Assembly: GCA_964471955.1 (NCBI GenBank)
Contig: CAYYIK010000007.1
Span: 2,729 to 66,728 of the forward strand
Reading direction: 5' to 3'
DNA: 64,000 bases
Source: an uncultured Thermoanaerobaculia bacterium
GTDB lineage: Bacteria; Acidobacteriota; Thermoanaerobaculia; Multivoradales; JAGPDF01
The position numbers and the translations under genes were made by a program. The notes beneath the pieces were generated by a model. It was not told where the DNA came from, did not search any database, and saw nothing but the letters and a program-made list of their open reading frames with translations. This document shows positions 43,086 through 51,372 of this stretch, in pieces (position 1 is the stretch's first letter; each line of letters begins with the position of its first letter).

Positions 43086-44762
43086 TCAGCTTTCGACGAG
43101 AGATACAGCCGGCTCGGACCCGCGACCCCGGCGCAGCGCCAGGACGGCGAGCAGCGCCGCCAGGCCGAGCAGCACGGCGGCCGAGAGGCCATTCCAGAAC
43201 CCGACCTCGCCGAGGGCGGCGCCGAGGTTCGCCCACGCCAGCGTGGCGAGCGCCCAGATGGTGATCGTGGCTACGAAGAGCAGCGGCAGCAGGGTGAACA
43301 GATAGGGGCGGCGCCGGCGGCGCAGCCAGATGGTGAGCACCAGCAGGGTGAGCGCCGCCAGCAGCTGGTTGCTGGCGCCGAACAGGGTCCAGAACTTCGT
43401 CCAGGCCCCCTGCCCGCCGGCGAGCACGAACCAGACCGCCGGCGCCACCGTGGCCAGGGTGGCGATCGCCGCGCCGGTCCTGCCGCGCCAGCCCGACAGC
43501 TCCTGCAGCAGATAGCGGCCGAGCCGCGTCGAGACGTCGAGGGTGTCGAAGACGAACGTCGAGAAGGCCATGGCCCCGAACGTCACCGCGAAGGCGAGGT
43601 GCTGCTCCCCCACGACGAGGGCGAGGAAGCGCCCGATGCCGTTGCCGTAGATCGTCCCGGGCGACAGTCCGGCGATCGCCTCGGGGGGCGCGATCATGAT
43701 CGTCACCAGGGCGATCAGCGCGACGAACCCTTCCGCCAGCATGGCGCCGAAGCCCACCGGCTGACAGTCGCTCTCGCGCGCGATCTGCTTCGAGGTCGTC
43801 CCCGAACAGACCAGGCCGTGAAAGCCCGAGCAGGCACCGCACGCGATGGTGACGAAGAGGAAGGGAAAGAGTCCCCCCGTCACGCCGCCGGCGTTCCAGG
43901 CACGGAAGAAGGGCTGCTCGATCGACCAGCCGCCCAGCAGCACGCCGATCACGCCGGTGGCGAGCGCGGTGTAGAGGACGAAGCCACCCAGGTAGCCGCG
44001 CGGCTGCAGCAGCGCCCAGACCGGCACGACCGAGCCGAGGGCGCAGTAGACGAGGATCAGCACCGCCCAGGTCGCGTGATCGAACTGCAGCCAGGTCGAC
44101 ATCCGGGTGCCGGCCCAGCAGGCGGCGAAGGTGGCGGGGACGAAGATCGCGGTGACCAGCCAGAGCGGCGGCGCCAGGAAACGCTGCACCAGGCCGAGCA
44201 GCAGCGACAGCCCGAGGTAGAGCACCGCCGCCGCGGCCACCGCGCCGCCGGCGTGGAAGCTCGTTCCGCCCTCGCGCAGCTCTTCGGTGCCGGCGACGAA
44301 GCTGCCCGCCGTGATGTCGGCGAAGGCGACGATCACGTAGACGAGGGCGATCCAGATGAACAGCATCATCGCCCGCCCGGCGAGCGGTCCGAGCTCGTGG
44401 CGGGTGATCTCGGCGATCGAGTCGCCGCCGTGGCGCACCGAGACGGCGAGCGCCGAGAAGTCGTGCACCGCGCCGATGAAGACGACGCCGAATGCGATCC
44501 AGGCGAGGCAGGGGCCCCAGCCGAACGCCTGGCAGGCGAGGATCGGCCCGGCGATCGGTCCGGCCGCGGCGATCGCCGAGAAGTGCTGCCCGAACAGGTA
44601 GAAGCGACGGGTGGGAACGAAGTCGACGCCGTCGCGTCGCGACACCGCGGGCGTGGCGCGGCCGTCGTCGAGGCGGAACTGGCGTGCCACCCAGCCGCCG
44701 TAGAAGTGGTAGGCGGCGGCCAGCAGGCCGAGCAGCGCGACGCTGAGCAGTGTGAGGGACAC
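43086..44762 (-). CDS. cstA: Carbon starvation protein A (CstA family peptide/pyruvate transporter)
   Basis: 558 aa, GTG start. The conserved N-terminus is YHFYGGWVARQF...FVPTRRFYLFGQHFSAIAAAGPIAGPILA, and the protein is polytopic. Confidence 0.92.
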   Translation of the reverse strand: MSLTLLSVALLGLLAAAYHFYGGWVARQFRLDDGRATPAVSRRDGVDFVPTRRFYLFGQHFSAIAAAGPIAGPILACQAFGWGPCLAWIAFGVVFIGAVHDFSALAVSVRHGGDSIAEITRHELGPLAGRAMMLFIWIALVYVIVAFADITAGSFVAGTEELREGGTSFHAGGAVAAAAVLYLGLSLLLGLVQRFLAPPLWLVTAIFVPATFAACWAGTRMSTWLQFDHATWAVLILVYCALGSVVPVWALLQPRGYLGGFVLYTALATGVIGVLLGGWSIEQPFFRAWNAGGVTGGLFPFLFVTIACGACSGFHGLVCSGTTSKQIARESDCQPVGFGAMLAEGFVALIALVTIMIAPPEAIAGLSPGTIYGNGIGRFLALVVGEQHLAFAVTFGAMAFSTFVFDTLDVSTRLGRYLLQELSGWRGRTGAAIATLATVAPAVWFVLAGGQGAWTKFWTLFGASNQLLAALTLLVLTIWLRRRRRPYLFTLLPLLFVATITIWALATLAWANLGAALGEVGFWNGLSAAVLLGLAALLAVLALRRGRGSEPAVSLVES

Positions 44763-44836
44763 TCGGGCGCGGATCCTACGCCGAGTCGGCGCGCGCTGGG
44801 GCGCCGGCCGCGTGCTAGCATCCGCGGACTTCGCCG

Positions 44837-46327
44837 ATGAGCCGAGAGAAGAAGCCCCCCGGGCTGGGTCAGGCGCTGATCCCCGTCCTCGTCCTGATCG
44901 CCCTGCTGGCGTCGTCCGTGCGCCTGTTCGGCGACGGCTCGTCGAGCGGCCCGAACCAGATCGCCCTCATCCTCGCCGCCGGCGTGGCCAGCCTGATCGG
45001 CATGCGGCTCGGCTTCTCCTGGCGCGAACTCGAAAGCGGCATCGTGCACGGCATCTCGCTGTCGATGGGTGCCGTGCTCATCCTCTTCGTGGTCGGCTCG
45101 CTGATCGGCACCTGGATCCTCGCCGGCATCGTGCCGACGATGATCTATTACGGTCTCCTGCTGCTCAGCCCGGGGATCTTCTACGCCGCGAGCTGCGTCA
45201 TCTGCGCCCTGGTTTCACTGGCCACGGGCTCGTCGTGGACGACCGCCTCGACGATCGGCATCGCCCTCATCGGCGTCGCCACGGCGCAGGATCTCCACCT
45301 CGGCCTGACCGCCGGGGCGATCATCTCGGGTGCCTACTTCGGCGACAAGATGTCGCCCCTGTCCGACACCACCAATCTCGCCCCGGCGATGGCGGGGACC
45401 GACCTGTTCACCCACATCCGGCACATGGTCTGGACGACGGCTCCGAGCATCGTGATCGCGGTGATCGGATTCGCCGTCGCCGGATGGCTGGGCACCACGC
45501 CGGACGAAGCGCGCAATCTCGAGGAGATCCTCGCCGCCCTGCGCTCGACCTTCGAGATCGGGCCGCACCTCCTGCTGCCGGCCGCGCTGGTGATCTTCCT
45601 GGTGGTCAGGCGGGTGTCGGCCTTCCCGGCGCTGCTGATCGGCGCCCTGGTGGGCGGCGTCTTCGCGATGATCTTCCAGCCGCGCGCCGTCCTCACCTTC
45701 GTCGGCGAGACCGACCTGCCCGCCGGAGTGGCGCTGCTCAAGGGATTCTGGATGGCCCTGTTCGACGGATTCCGGCTCGAGTCGGGGCACGAGACGCTCG
45801 ATGCCCTGCTGACCCGTGGCGGCATGTCGAGCATGCTCAACACCATCTGGCTGATCCTCTCGGCGATGATGTTCGGCGCGGTGATGGAGAAGACCGGCAT
45901 GCTCGCCGAGATCGCGCGCAGCATTCTCGCGCTGGTGCGCGGCACCGGCTCGCTGATCGCCGCGACGCTCGGCACGTCGATCGGCATGAACGTCCTCGCC
46001 TCGGACCAGTACATCGCCATCGTCCTGCCGGGCCGGATGTTCCGTGCCGAGTTCACGCGGCGGGGCCTGCACCCGAAGAACCTGTCGCGCGCCCTGGAGG
46101 ACGCCGGCACCCTGACCTCGCCGCTGGTGCCGTGGAACACCTGCGGCGCGTTCATGGCGCAGACGCTCGGCGTGGCGACCCTGACCTACCTGCCGTTCTG
46201 CTTCTTCAACCTGCTCAATCCGCTGATCTCGGCGGGCTACGGCTTCACCGGCTTCACCATCGAGCGGCTCCCCGCCGGCGAAGAATCGCTGTCGGCTCCG
46301 GAGACCGCGCCCGCCGGTCCCGCCTGA
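44837..46327 (+). CDS. nhaC: Na+/H+ antiporter NhaC family transporter
   Basis: 496 aa polytopic membrane protein. Its N-terminus and overall pattern (GPNQIALILAAGVASLIG..., GSSWTTASTIGIALIGV) match NhaC-type antiporters. Confidence 0.82.
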   Translation: MSREKKPPGLGQALIPVLVLIALLASSVRLFGDGSSSGPNQIALILAAGVASLIGMRLGFSWRELESGIVHGISLSMGAVLILFVVGSLIGTWILAGIVPTMIYYGLLLLSPGIFYAASCVICALVSLATGSSWTTASTIGIALIGVATAQDLHLGLTAGAIISGAYFGDKMSPLSDTTNLAPAMAGTDLFTHIRHMVWTTAPSIVIAVIGFAVAGWLGTTPDEARNLEEILAALRSTFEIGPHLLLPAALVIFLVVRRVSAFPALLIGALVGGVFAMIFQPRAVLTFVGETDLPAGVALLKGFWMALFDGFRLESGHETLDALLTRGGMSSMLNTIWLILSAMMFGAVMEKTGMLAEIARSILALVRGTGSLIAATLGTSIGMNVLASDQYIAIVLPGRMFRAEFTRRGLHPKNLSRALEDAGTLTSPLVPWNTCGAFMAQTLGVATLTYLPFCFFNLLNPLISAGYGFTGFTIERLPAGEESLSAPETAPAGPA

Positions 46328-46328
46328 G

Positions 46329-47543
46329 TCAGGACTTGCTCTCGCGCGAGCGGGGGAAGAAGTCGCCGAGGGCACCGAAGCCGCCGGGAGCAGGGGTCGC
46401 GCCGGCGGACTCGCCGGCCGCCCCCTCCTCACCGCCGCGCGCCAGCGCCAGGGAGATGCGACGCGTCTCGGGCGAAATCGAGAGCACGGTCACCTCGACC
46501 TGCTGGCCGGCCTTCAGCACGTCGCGGGCGTGACGGATCTCCCGCTTGCCGAGCTCGGCGAGCTCGGAGACGTGCAGCAGGCCGTCGACCCCCGGCGCCA
46601 GCTCGACGAACGCGCCGAAGCTCTCGAGCCGCGCCACCCGCCCGCTGCGCCGCGCGCCCGGCTCCAGCTTCGCCGCCTCGCCGAGCCACGGATCGGGCGT
46701 CAGGGCGCGGCGCGACAGCGAGATCCGCTCCCGCCCCCGCGCGTCGGGCGGCGCGATGGCGAGGATCTGCACTTCGACCTCGTCGCCGATTCGCAGCACC
46801 TCCTGCGGATGCTCGATCCGCCCGTGGCCGAGCTCGGAGACGTGCAGCAGCCCCTCGAGGCCGCCGAGGTCGACGAAGGCGCCGTAGGAGGCGAGCGAGG
46901 TGACGGTGCCGCGCACCGTCTTGCCGACCTCGATGCGCGCCCGCGCCGCCTCGGCCTTCGCCTTCGCCTCCTCCTCGAGCAGCGCGCGGCGCGAGAGGAC
47001 GAGGTTCATGCCGCGGCCGCGCCCCTCTTCGAGACGGGTGATGCGGAAGTCGAGCCGCTGGCCGACCCAGGTCGACGGATCCTCGACGTAGCGGCTGTCG
47101 AGCTGCGAGATCGGACAGAAGGCGCGCTGTCCGGAGACCGAAACCTCGACGCCCCCCTTGACCACCGCCTGGACGACACCGGCCACCGGCAGGCCATGCT
47201 CGTACGCCTGCTGCAGCTCGGCGGGCGCCGCCGGGCCGCGTCCGGCGCGCACCCTCAGGACGGCCACGTCGTCCTCGATCGACGCCACCACCCCCTCGAC
47301 GACGTCACCCACCGCGACGGTGACGATGCCTTCGTCGTCGGTGAGCTGGGTGAGTGGAATCACCCCCTCGGCCTTGCCCCCCAGGTCGACGAAGACCGAC
47401 TCCTCCCCCACGCCGACGACGCGGGCGCTCACCCGCTCGCCCACCGCCGGCGGCGCCTTGCGGGTCTCGGCCTGCCGACTCTCGAACGCTGCGAGGATGG
47501 CGGCGAATTCGCCGTCTCCGGAATCTCCAACGCGACGCTTCAT
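46329..47543 (-). CDS. S1 RNA-binding domain protein (four S1 repeats, RpsA-like but shorter)
   Basis: ATG 47543 is preceded by GGGAG; the track ORF extends to 47843. 404 aa. It has repeated S1 signatures (GTVTSLASYGAFVDLGGLEGLLHVSEL; GRVARLESFGAFVELAPGVDGLLHVSEL). Confidence 0.85.
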   Translation of the reverse strand: MKRRVGDSGDGEFAAILAAFESRQAETRKAPPAVGERVSARVVGVGEESVFVDLGGKAEGVIPLTQLTDDEGIVTVAVGDVVEGVVASIEDDVAVLRVRAGRGPAAPAELQQAYEHGLPVAGVVQAVVKGGVEVSVSGQRAFCPISQLDSRYVEDPSTWVGQRLDFRITRLEEGRGRGMNLVLSRRALLEEEAKAKAEAARARIEVGKTVRGTVTSLASYGAFVDLGGLEGLLHVSELGHGRIEHPQEVLRIGDEVEVQILAIAPPDARGRERISLSRRALTPDPWLGEAAKLEPGARRSGRVARLESFGAFVELAPGVDGLLHVSELAELGKREIRHARDVLKAGQQVEVTVLSISPETRRISLALARGGEEGAAGESAGATPAPGGFGALGDFFPRSRESKS

Positions 47544-47652
47544 GGGGAACTCCCGCCCGGCGGCCGCAGCACCGGACCGCGGTGCGCGATCGGGGGAGCC
47601 GCCGGTAGCGCCATTGTAGCGGCGGGCGCGTGTCGGCAAGTAGGATCGGCAG

Positions 47653-47961
47653 GTGGAAGCCGCCGACTTTCTCCCGCTGCTCGGTAGCCGGTTCCAGGTC
47701 GACCGCTCCGGCCCTACGATCCACCTCGAACTCGTCGAGGTACGACGCTCGCCGCCGGGCAGCGAGGCCGAGGCGCGGCACCGTGCCGCCGCCGGCATCC
47801 GGGAAGAACCGTTCACCCTGCTCTTTCGCGGCCCGCGCGACACTCCCCTCGACCAGCGGATCCATCGCCTCGAGCAGGACCGGCTGGGGACGCTCGAGAT
47901 CTTTCTGGTACCCGTGCGGCCCGACGACCGGGGGCCTCTTTACGAGGCGGTCTTCAACTGA
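47653..47961 (+). CDS. Small conserved hypothetical protein (resembles the roughly 100-aa family ending ...YEAVFN, possibly DUF6916; name from memory, unverified)
   Basis: 102 aa, GTG start. Pattern F.PL.G..F.V...L.LVEV...PF.L.F.GP...L.Q....L....LG.LE.FLVP....YEAVFN. Its 3' end overlaps the convergent GNAT gene by 8 nt. Confidence 0.65.
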   Translation: MEAADFLPLLGSRFQVDRSGPTIHLELVEVRRSPPGSEAEARHRAAAGIREEPFTLLFRGPRDTPLDQRIHRLEQDRLGTLEIFLVPVRPDDRGPLYEAVFN

Positions 47962-48454
47962 CCGGACGCCATTCGAGGAGCCGGTAGACCTCGCCCGCCG
48001 CGCCGATCTCGCGGAAGCCGAGTCGGTCGTACAGGGCGCGCGCCGGATTGAAGCGCTCGACGTGGATGGTCAGAGGAACCCCGACGGCTCCGGCCTCGCG
48101 TTGAAGGTCTCCGATCAGGCGGGTTCCGGCGCCGAGCCGGCGGAACCCGGGGAGCAGCGCGATGTCGACCAGCCGGATCTCTGCCGGCCGTCGATCGACA
48201 TAGAGGCGCCCCGCGGCATGGCCGTCGATTTCGACGACCTGGAAGCTGCACCCGGGATACTGCAGCCGCCACCAGCGATCCTGCGCCTCGAACTGCTGGC
48301 GCAGAAACGCCTCTTTCTGCGCCGCCGTCCACGCGACCGGCGCGAGTTCCTCGGCTCGGGTAGAGGCGTAGACGCCGAAGAGGAACTCCCGATCCGCAGC
48401 CGTCACCGGCCGCAGCGCCAGCGACGCCTTCGGCTCAGGCCTCGTCGCCGACAC
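47954..48454 (-). CDS. GNAT family N-acetyltransferase
   Basis: 166 aa, GTG start. The acetyl-CoA region is LLPGFRRLGAGTRLIGDLQREA, with NPARALYDRLGF at the C-terminus. It is the last gene of the long minus-strand operon. Confidence 0.82.
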   Translation of the reverse strand: MSATRPEPKASLALRPVTAADREFLFGVYASTRAEELAPVAWTAAQKEAFLRQQFEAQDRWWRLQYPGCSFQVVEIDGHAAGRLYVDRRPAEIRLVDIALLPGFRRLGAGTRLIGDLQREAGAVGVPLTIHVERFNPARALYDRLGFREIGAAGEVYRLLEWRPVS

Positions 48455-49220
48455 TCTCGACAGTCATCACCAGCGAGGCGAGCGCCGCGGGAAATGGCTC
48501 CTCCTCCCCTGGCAGGTACCGCTCCAGGTCCCAGGCCCCCTCGGTGAGGCCGAGGAAGTAGACGCCGGCCTGGAGTCGTGGCACGCCACCTTCCTTGCCC
48601 AGAGTGAGCCTGGCCCGGCGCCGGACTCCCGAGTCCGGGATCGCCGTTCGATCGGTCGGCCGCCGGTCGCCGGCCGCCCCGTCAACGCGCACTTCGAGCA
48701 CCAGCGGGTCGTACTCGTCGAGCCAGCTGCGGAACCGGATCGGCGACGACGCACCAGAGGCTCTCCGGTAGCTCCAGGCGTGGAACGGGAGCTGTCGCCC
48801 CAGCTCGTCACGCACCAGGACGTCGAGATCGATCTCCCGCGGCGGTGTCACGCCGCGCTCCGGACCCGCGAGGAGGCCCTGGACGCGGATCCGGACGCTC
48901 CCTGCGGCGAGTCGCGGGTCGCCTGCCGGCAGCGAGAAGGCGGGCACGACGATCGACTCGGCCGCGAACGGCCGCTCCTCGTCCGCCTCGAGCGGCACCG
49001 ATACGGGCCACCGCGGTGTCGCGAGTGCGTCGCTGCCCAGCAGGTAGCCGACGGAGAGGGCCGCAGCGGCAGCCGTTTCTCTCTTCGTCGTGGCGGCCAG
49101 CGCCCAGCCGGGCGACAGCGCCAGTGCCCCTCCGGCGACCAGCAGCTCGCGCCGGCCGAACGGCGTCGAAACCCACGCCGGTTCGTGTGAAGACTTCGCC
49201 CTGCGTTCCTCGTGGCTCAA
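48435..49220 (-). CDS. Hypothetical exported protein with a twin-arginine-like signal
   Basis: The TTG at 49220 is preceded by GAGGAG and overlaps the methyltransferase stop (TTGA). 261 aa. The signal is FGRRELLVAGGALALSPGWALA. I recognised no domain. Confidence 0.6.
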   Translation of the reverse strand: MSHEERRAKSSHEPAWVSTPFGRRELLVAGGALALSPGWALAATTKRETAAAAALSVGYLLGSDALATPRWPVSVPLEADEERPFAAESIVVPAFSLPAGDPRLAAGSVRIRVQGLLAGPERGVTPPREIDLDVLVRDELGRQLPFHAWSYRRASGASSPIRFRSWLDEYDPLVLEVRVDGAAGDRRPTDRTAIPDSGVRRRARLTLGKEGGVPRLQAGVYFLGLTEGAWDLERYLPGEEEPFPAALASLVMTVESVGDEA

Positions 49221-49786
49221 GATCCACTCCTCGGCGGCGAGGCCGCCTCCGGCTCCGGCGGCGCCCCGACCCGCCAGAGCCGGATCGTCCGCGGCGTCCC
49301 GTCGCCGTCGACGAAGCGCTCGGTGCGCGCCGGCTCCGGGGACTTCAGAGCGAAGCTGTGGGAGACGATGCGCGTCCCCGCCGGCAGCTCCGCGATCAAC
49401 CGATTGCCGATCCGTTCGGTCGACCACTCGACCAGGTAGAGAGTGATGACCGTCGCCTCGCGCGGAACCAGGTCGCTGGCGTCGCGGACCTCGAAACGGG
49501 TGCTCGCCGCGACGCCGGCCCGCTCGGCCTCCTCGCGGGCCCGCTCGACCCAGAACGGCTCGACGTCGTAGCCGATTCCGCGCGCGCCCCGGCGCGCCGC
49601 CGCGATCACGATCCGGCCGTCGCCGCAGCCGAGATCGCAGACGACGTCGTCCGCGCCGACCTCGGCCAGGTCGAGCATCCGTTCCACGACCTCGGGCGGC
49701 GTCGGCACGTACGGAGCCAGCACGTAGCGTGGAGCGACCGGTCCGTTGTCCGGTGTGATCGAGTCTGCGACGGCGGCGATCGTCAT
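49217..49786 (-). CDS. Class I SAM-dependent methyltransferase
   Basis: 189 aa with motif I VVCDLGCGDGRIV and an acidic loop GYDVE. Its start is 1 nt after the stop of the third tail-collar gene. Confidence 0.78.
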   Translation of the reverse strand: MTIAAVADSITPDNGPVAPRYVLAPYVPTPPEVVERMLDLAEVGADDVVCDLGCGDGRIVIAAARRGARGIGYDVEPFWVERAREEAERAGVAASTRFEVRDASDLVPREATVITLYLVEWSTERIGNRLIAELPAGTRIVSHSFALKSPEPARTERFVDGDGTPRTIRLWRVGAPPEPEAASPPRSGS

Positions 49787-49787
49787 C

Positions 49788-50309
49788 TCAGGTCCGCGGC
49801 GGGAAGACGCCCTGCAAGGCGATCGCGAAGTAGCACGTCAGGTACGGCTGCATGTTGTTGTGCGGCTGGTCGCCGCCGCCAGGAGCCAGGGCCTGGTCCG
49901 ACGCGCTCGCGTTCGGAGACGCCTGATACAGAGCTCCTCCGCCGGAGAGTGCGAAGGACGCAGAGGCGCTCGCAACATTGGTGTCGGCCAGGTCGACGAC
50001 GTTGGCGCGCAGAGTGTGGGAATGCGCGGGAATCTCCGATTGAAGGAGCGAAACCGTCTCGCTGCCTCCCGTCTCCCCCAGGTCGTGCAGGGACAATCCC
50101 GGGCCTTGTCCCGGCTGCATCGGTGCGCGACCCTGAAGGTCCGGCAGTGCGAAGTTGCTCTTGCCGTTGCCTCCGTATGTCGTGCCGAGCAGCGAAAAGA
50201 GCGCCGTATTCTGCGACAGGGGAAGAAGCTGCCCGTCGCACCACGCCCAGCCCTTCGGGGCGAAGTTGAACGGGAAGATCCGGATCTCAGCGACGAAGGG
50301 ATCTGCCAT
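49788..50309 (-). CDS. Phage tail-collar domain protein (MdpB/COG4675-like), paralogue 3
   Basis: 173 aa: MADPFVAEIRIFPFNFAPKGWAWCDGQLLPLSQNTALFSLLGTTYGGNGKSNFALPDLQGRAP...QPYLTCYFAIALQGVFPPRT. Confidence 0.9.
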   Translation of the reverse strand: MADPFVAEIRIFPFNFAPKGWAWCDGQLLPLSQNTALFSLLGTTYGGNGKSNFALPDLQGRAPMQPGQGPGLSLHDLGETGGSETVSLLQSEIPAHSHTLRANVVDLADTNVASASASFALSGGGALYQASPNASASDQALAPGGGDQPHNNMQPYLTCYFAIALQGVFPPRT

Positions 50310-50321
50310 GACGTCTCACTC

Positions 50322-50825
50322 TCAGGCCGGGCTCGGGAAGATTCCGAACAACGAAATGATGAAATTGACGCAGAGATAGGGCTGGAAGTTCGTGTGCGGC
50401 TGGCTGCCGCCCGTCGACCCGATCGCCGCAGCATTCATGTTTCCGCTCGGAGCGTCGTTGATGTACGGGGTGACGTTGAAGGAGTTCGCCGGGAGATTGC
50501 CCGAAGCGTTGATCTGGTCCCCGGTAACTCCGGCGGCGAGCAGCGGATGGCCGTGCGCCGGAATCTGCTGAATCGTGAGCGTGATCTCCTCCGCGCCTCC
50601 GGTCTCCGCGAGGATGAATCCGCTCCCCTGATGAATCGGAATCCGCCCGCGCAGGTCGGGCAGCGCGAAGGTGGACTGCCCGTCGCCTCCGTAGGTGGTG
50701 CCGATCAACTGGAACAACGTCTCGTTCTCCGAGATCGGCAGCAGCTGACCCTCGCACAGCATCCAGCCTGCCGGCGCGAAGTTTCCGCCGAACATCCGGA
50801 TCTCTCCAACGTAAGGTTGCGCCAC
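50322..50825 (-). CDS. Phage tail-collar domain protein, paralogue 2
   Basis: 167 aa. The GTG start is preceded by GAGGAGG, which overlaps the upstream stop. MAQPYVGEIRMFGGNFAPAGWMLCEGQLLPISENETLFQLIGTTYGGDGQSTFALPDLRGRIP...QPYLCVNFIISLFGIFPSPA. Confidence 0.9.
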   Translation of the reverse strand: MAQPYVGEIRMFGGNFAPAGWMLCEGQLLPISENETLFQLIGTTYGGDGQSTFALPDLRGRIPIHQGSGFILAETGGAEEITLTIQQIPAHGHPLLAAGVTGDQINASGNLPANSFNVTPYINDAPSGNMNAAAIGSTGGSQPHTNFQPYLCVNFIISLFGIFPSPA

Positions 50826-50835
50826 GACGGCCTCC

Positions 50836-51336
50836 TCAGTTCGGGCTCGGGAAAATGCCCTGGAGGGCGATACAGAAGCTGATCGTGAGGAACGGCTGCA
50901 TGTTCAGATGCGCCTGGCTTCCTCCGACGGCGGTCACGGTGGCGGAGCTCATGGCGACCAGGGATGCCGGCGCGTGGTAAGCGTTGTTGGCCCCTCCGAG
51001 GACCCTTCCCGCCGGATTCACGTTGCCGCCGGTCGAGGCCGAGGAGACCGCCAGCACATGCACGTGTTGCGGCATCTCCGCGATCGACAAGGTGTGGGCC
51101 TGCTCTCCCCCGCGCTCACCGAGCGTGTGCGCCGATCCGACGTGAATCGGGGCGCGCCCGCGCAGGTCGGGCAGCGCGAAATTGACGCGGCCGTCGCCGC
51201 CGAAGGTCGTTCCCAGGAGAGAAAACAGGGCCTGGTTCTGATTGATCGGCAACAGCTGGCCGTTGCAGAGGGCCCAACCCTTGGGAGCGAACTGGAAGCT
51301 GAACAGTCGAACTTCGCTCAGGAACGGTTCGGCCAT
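50836..51336 (-). CDS. Phage tail-collar domain protein, paralogue 1
   Basis: 166 aa with SD GAGAGGAAG. MAEPFLSEVRLFSFQFAPKGWALCNGQLLPINQNQALFSLLGTTFGGDGRVNFALPDLRGRAP...QPFLTISFCIALQGIFPSPN. Confidence 0.9.
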   Translation of the reverse strand: MAEPFLSEVRLFSFQFAPKGWALCNGQLLPINQNQALFSLLGTTFGGDGRVNFALPDLRGRAPIHVGSAHTLGERGGEQAHTLSIAEMPQHVHVLAVSSASTGGNVNPAGRVLGGANNAYHAPASLVAMSSATVTAVGGSQAHLNMQPFLTISFCIALQGIFPSPN

Positions 51337-51372
51337 GGTCTTCCTCTCATCCGCGACTCGTGCACCAGCGCG

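Noticed and set aside
42929-43192. Minus-strand ORF through the MITE-like element encoding a repeated YFGDRHQDS/YLGDRHRNS peptide
   Set aside because: The peptide repeat is just the translation of the 19-bp DNA direct repeat. The codons (AGG, AGA, CGA, CAA, GTA, ACA, TAT) are atypical for this genome. The upstream part of the ORF overlaps cstA in another frame.
49788-51336. Tail-collar genes as a prophage or tailocin remnant
   Set aside because: No other phage structural, replication, lysis or integration genes lie within 10 kb on either side. The genes are embedded in a tightly coupled operon with non-phage genes.
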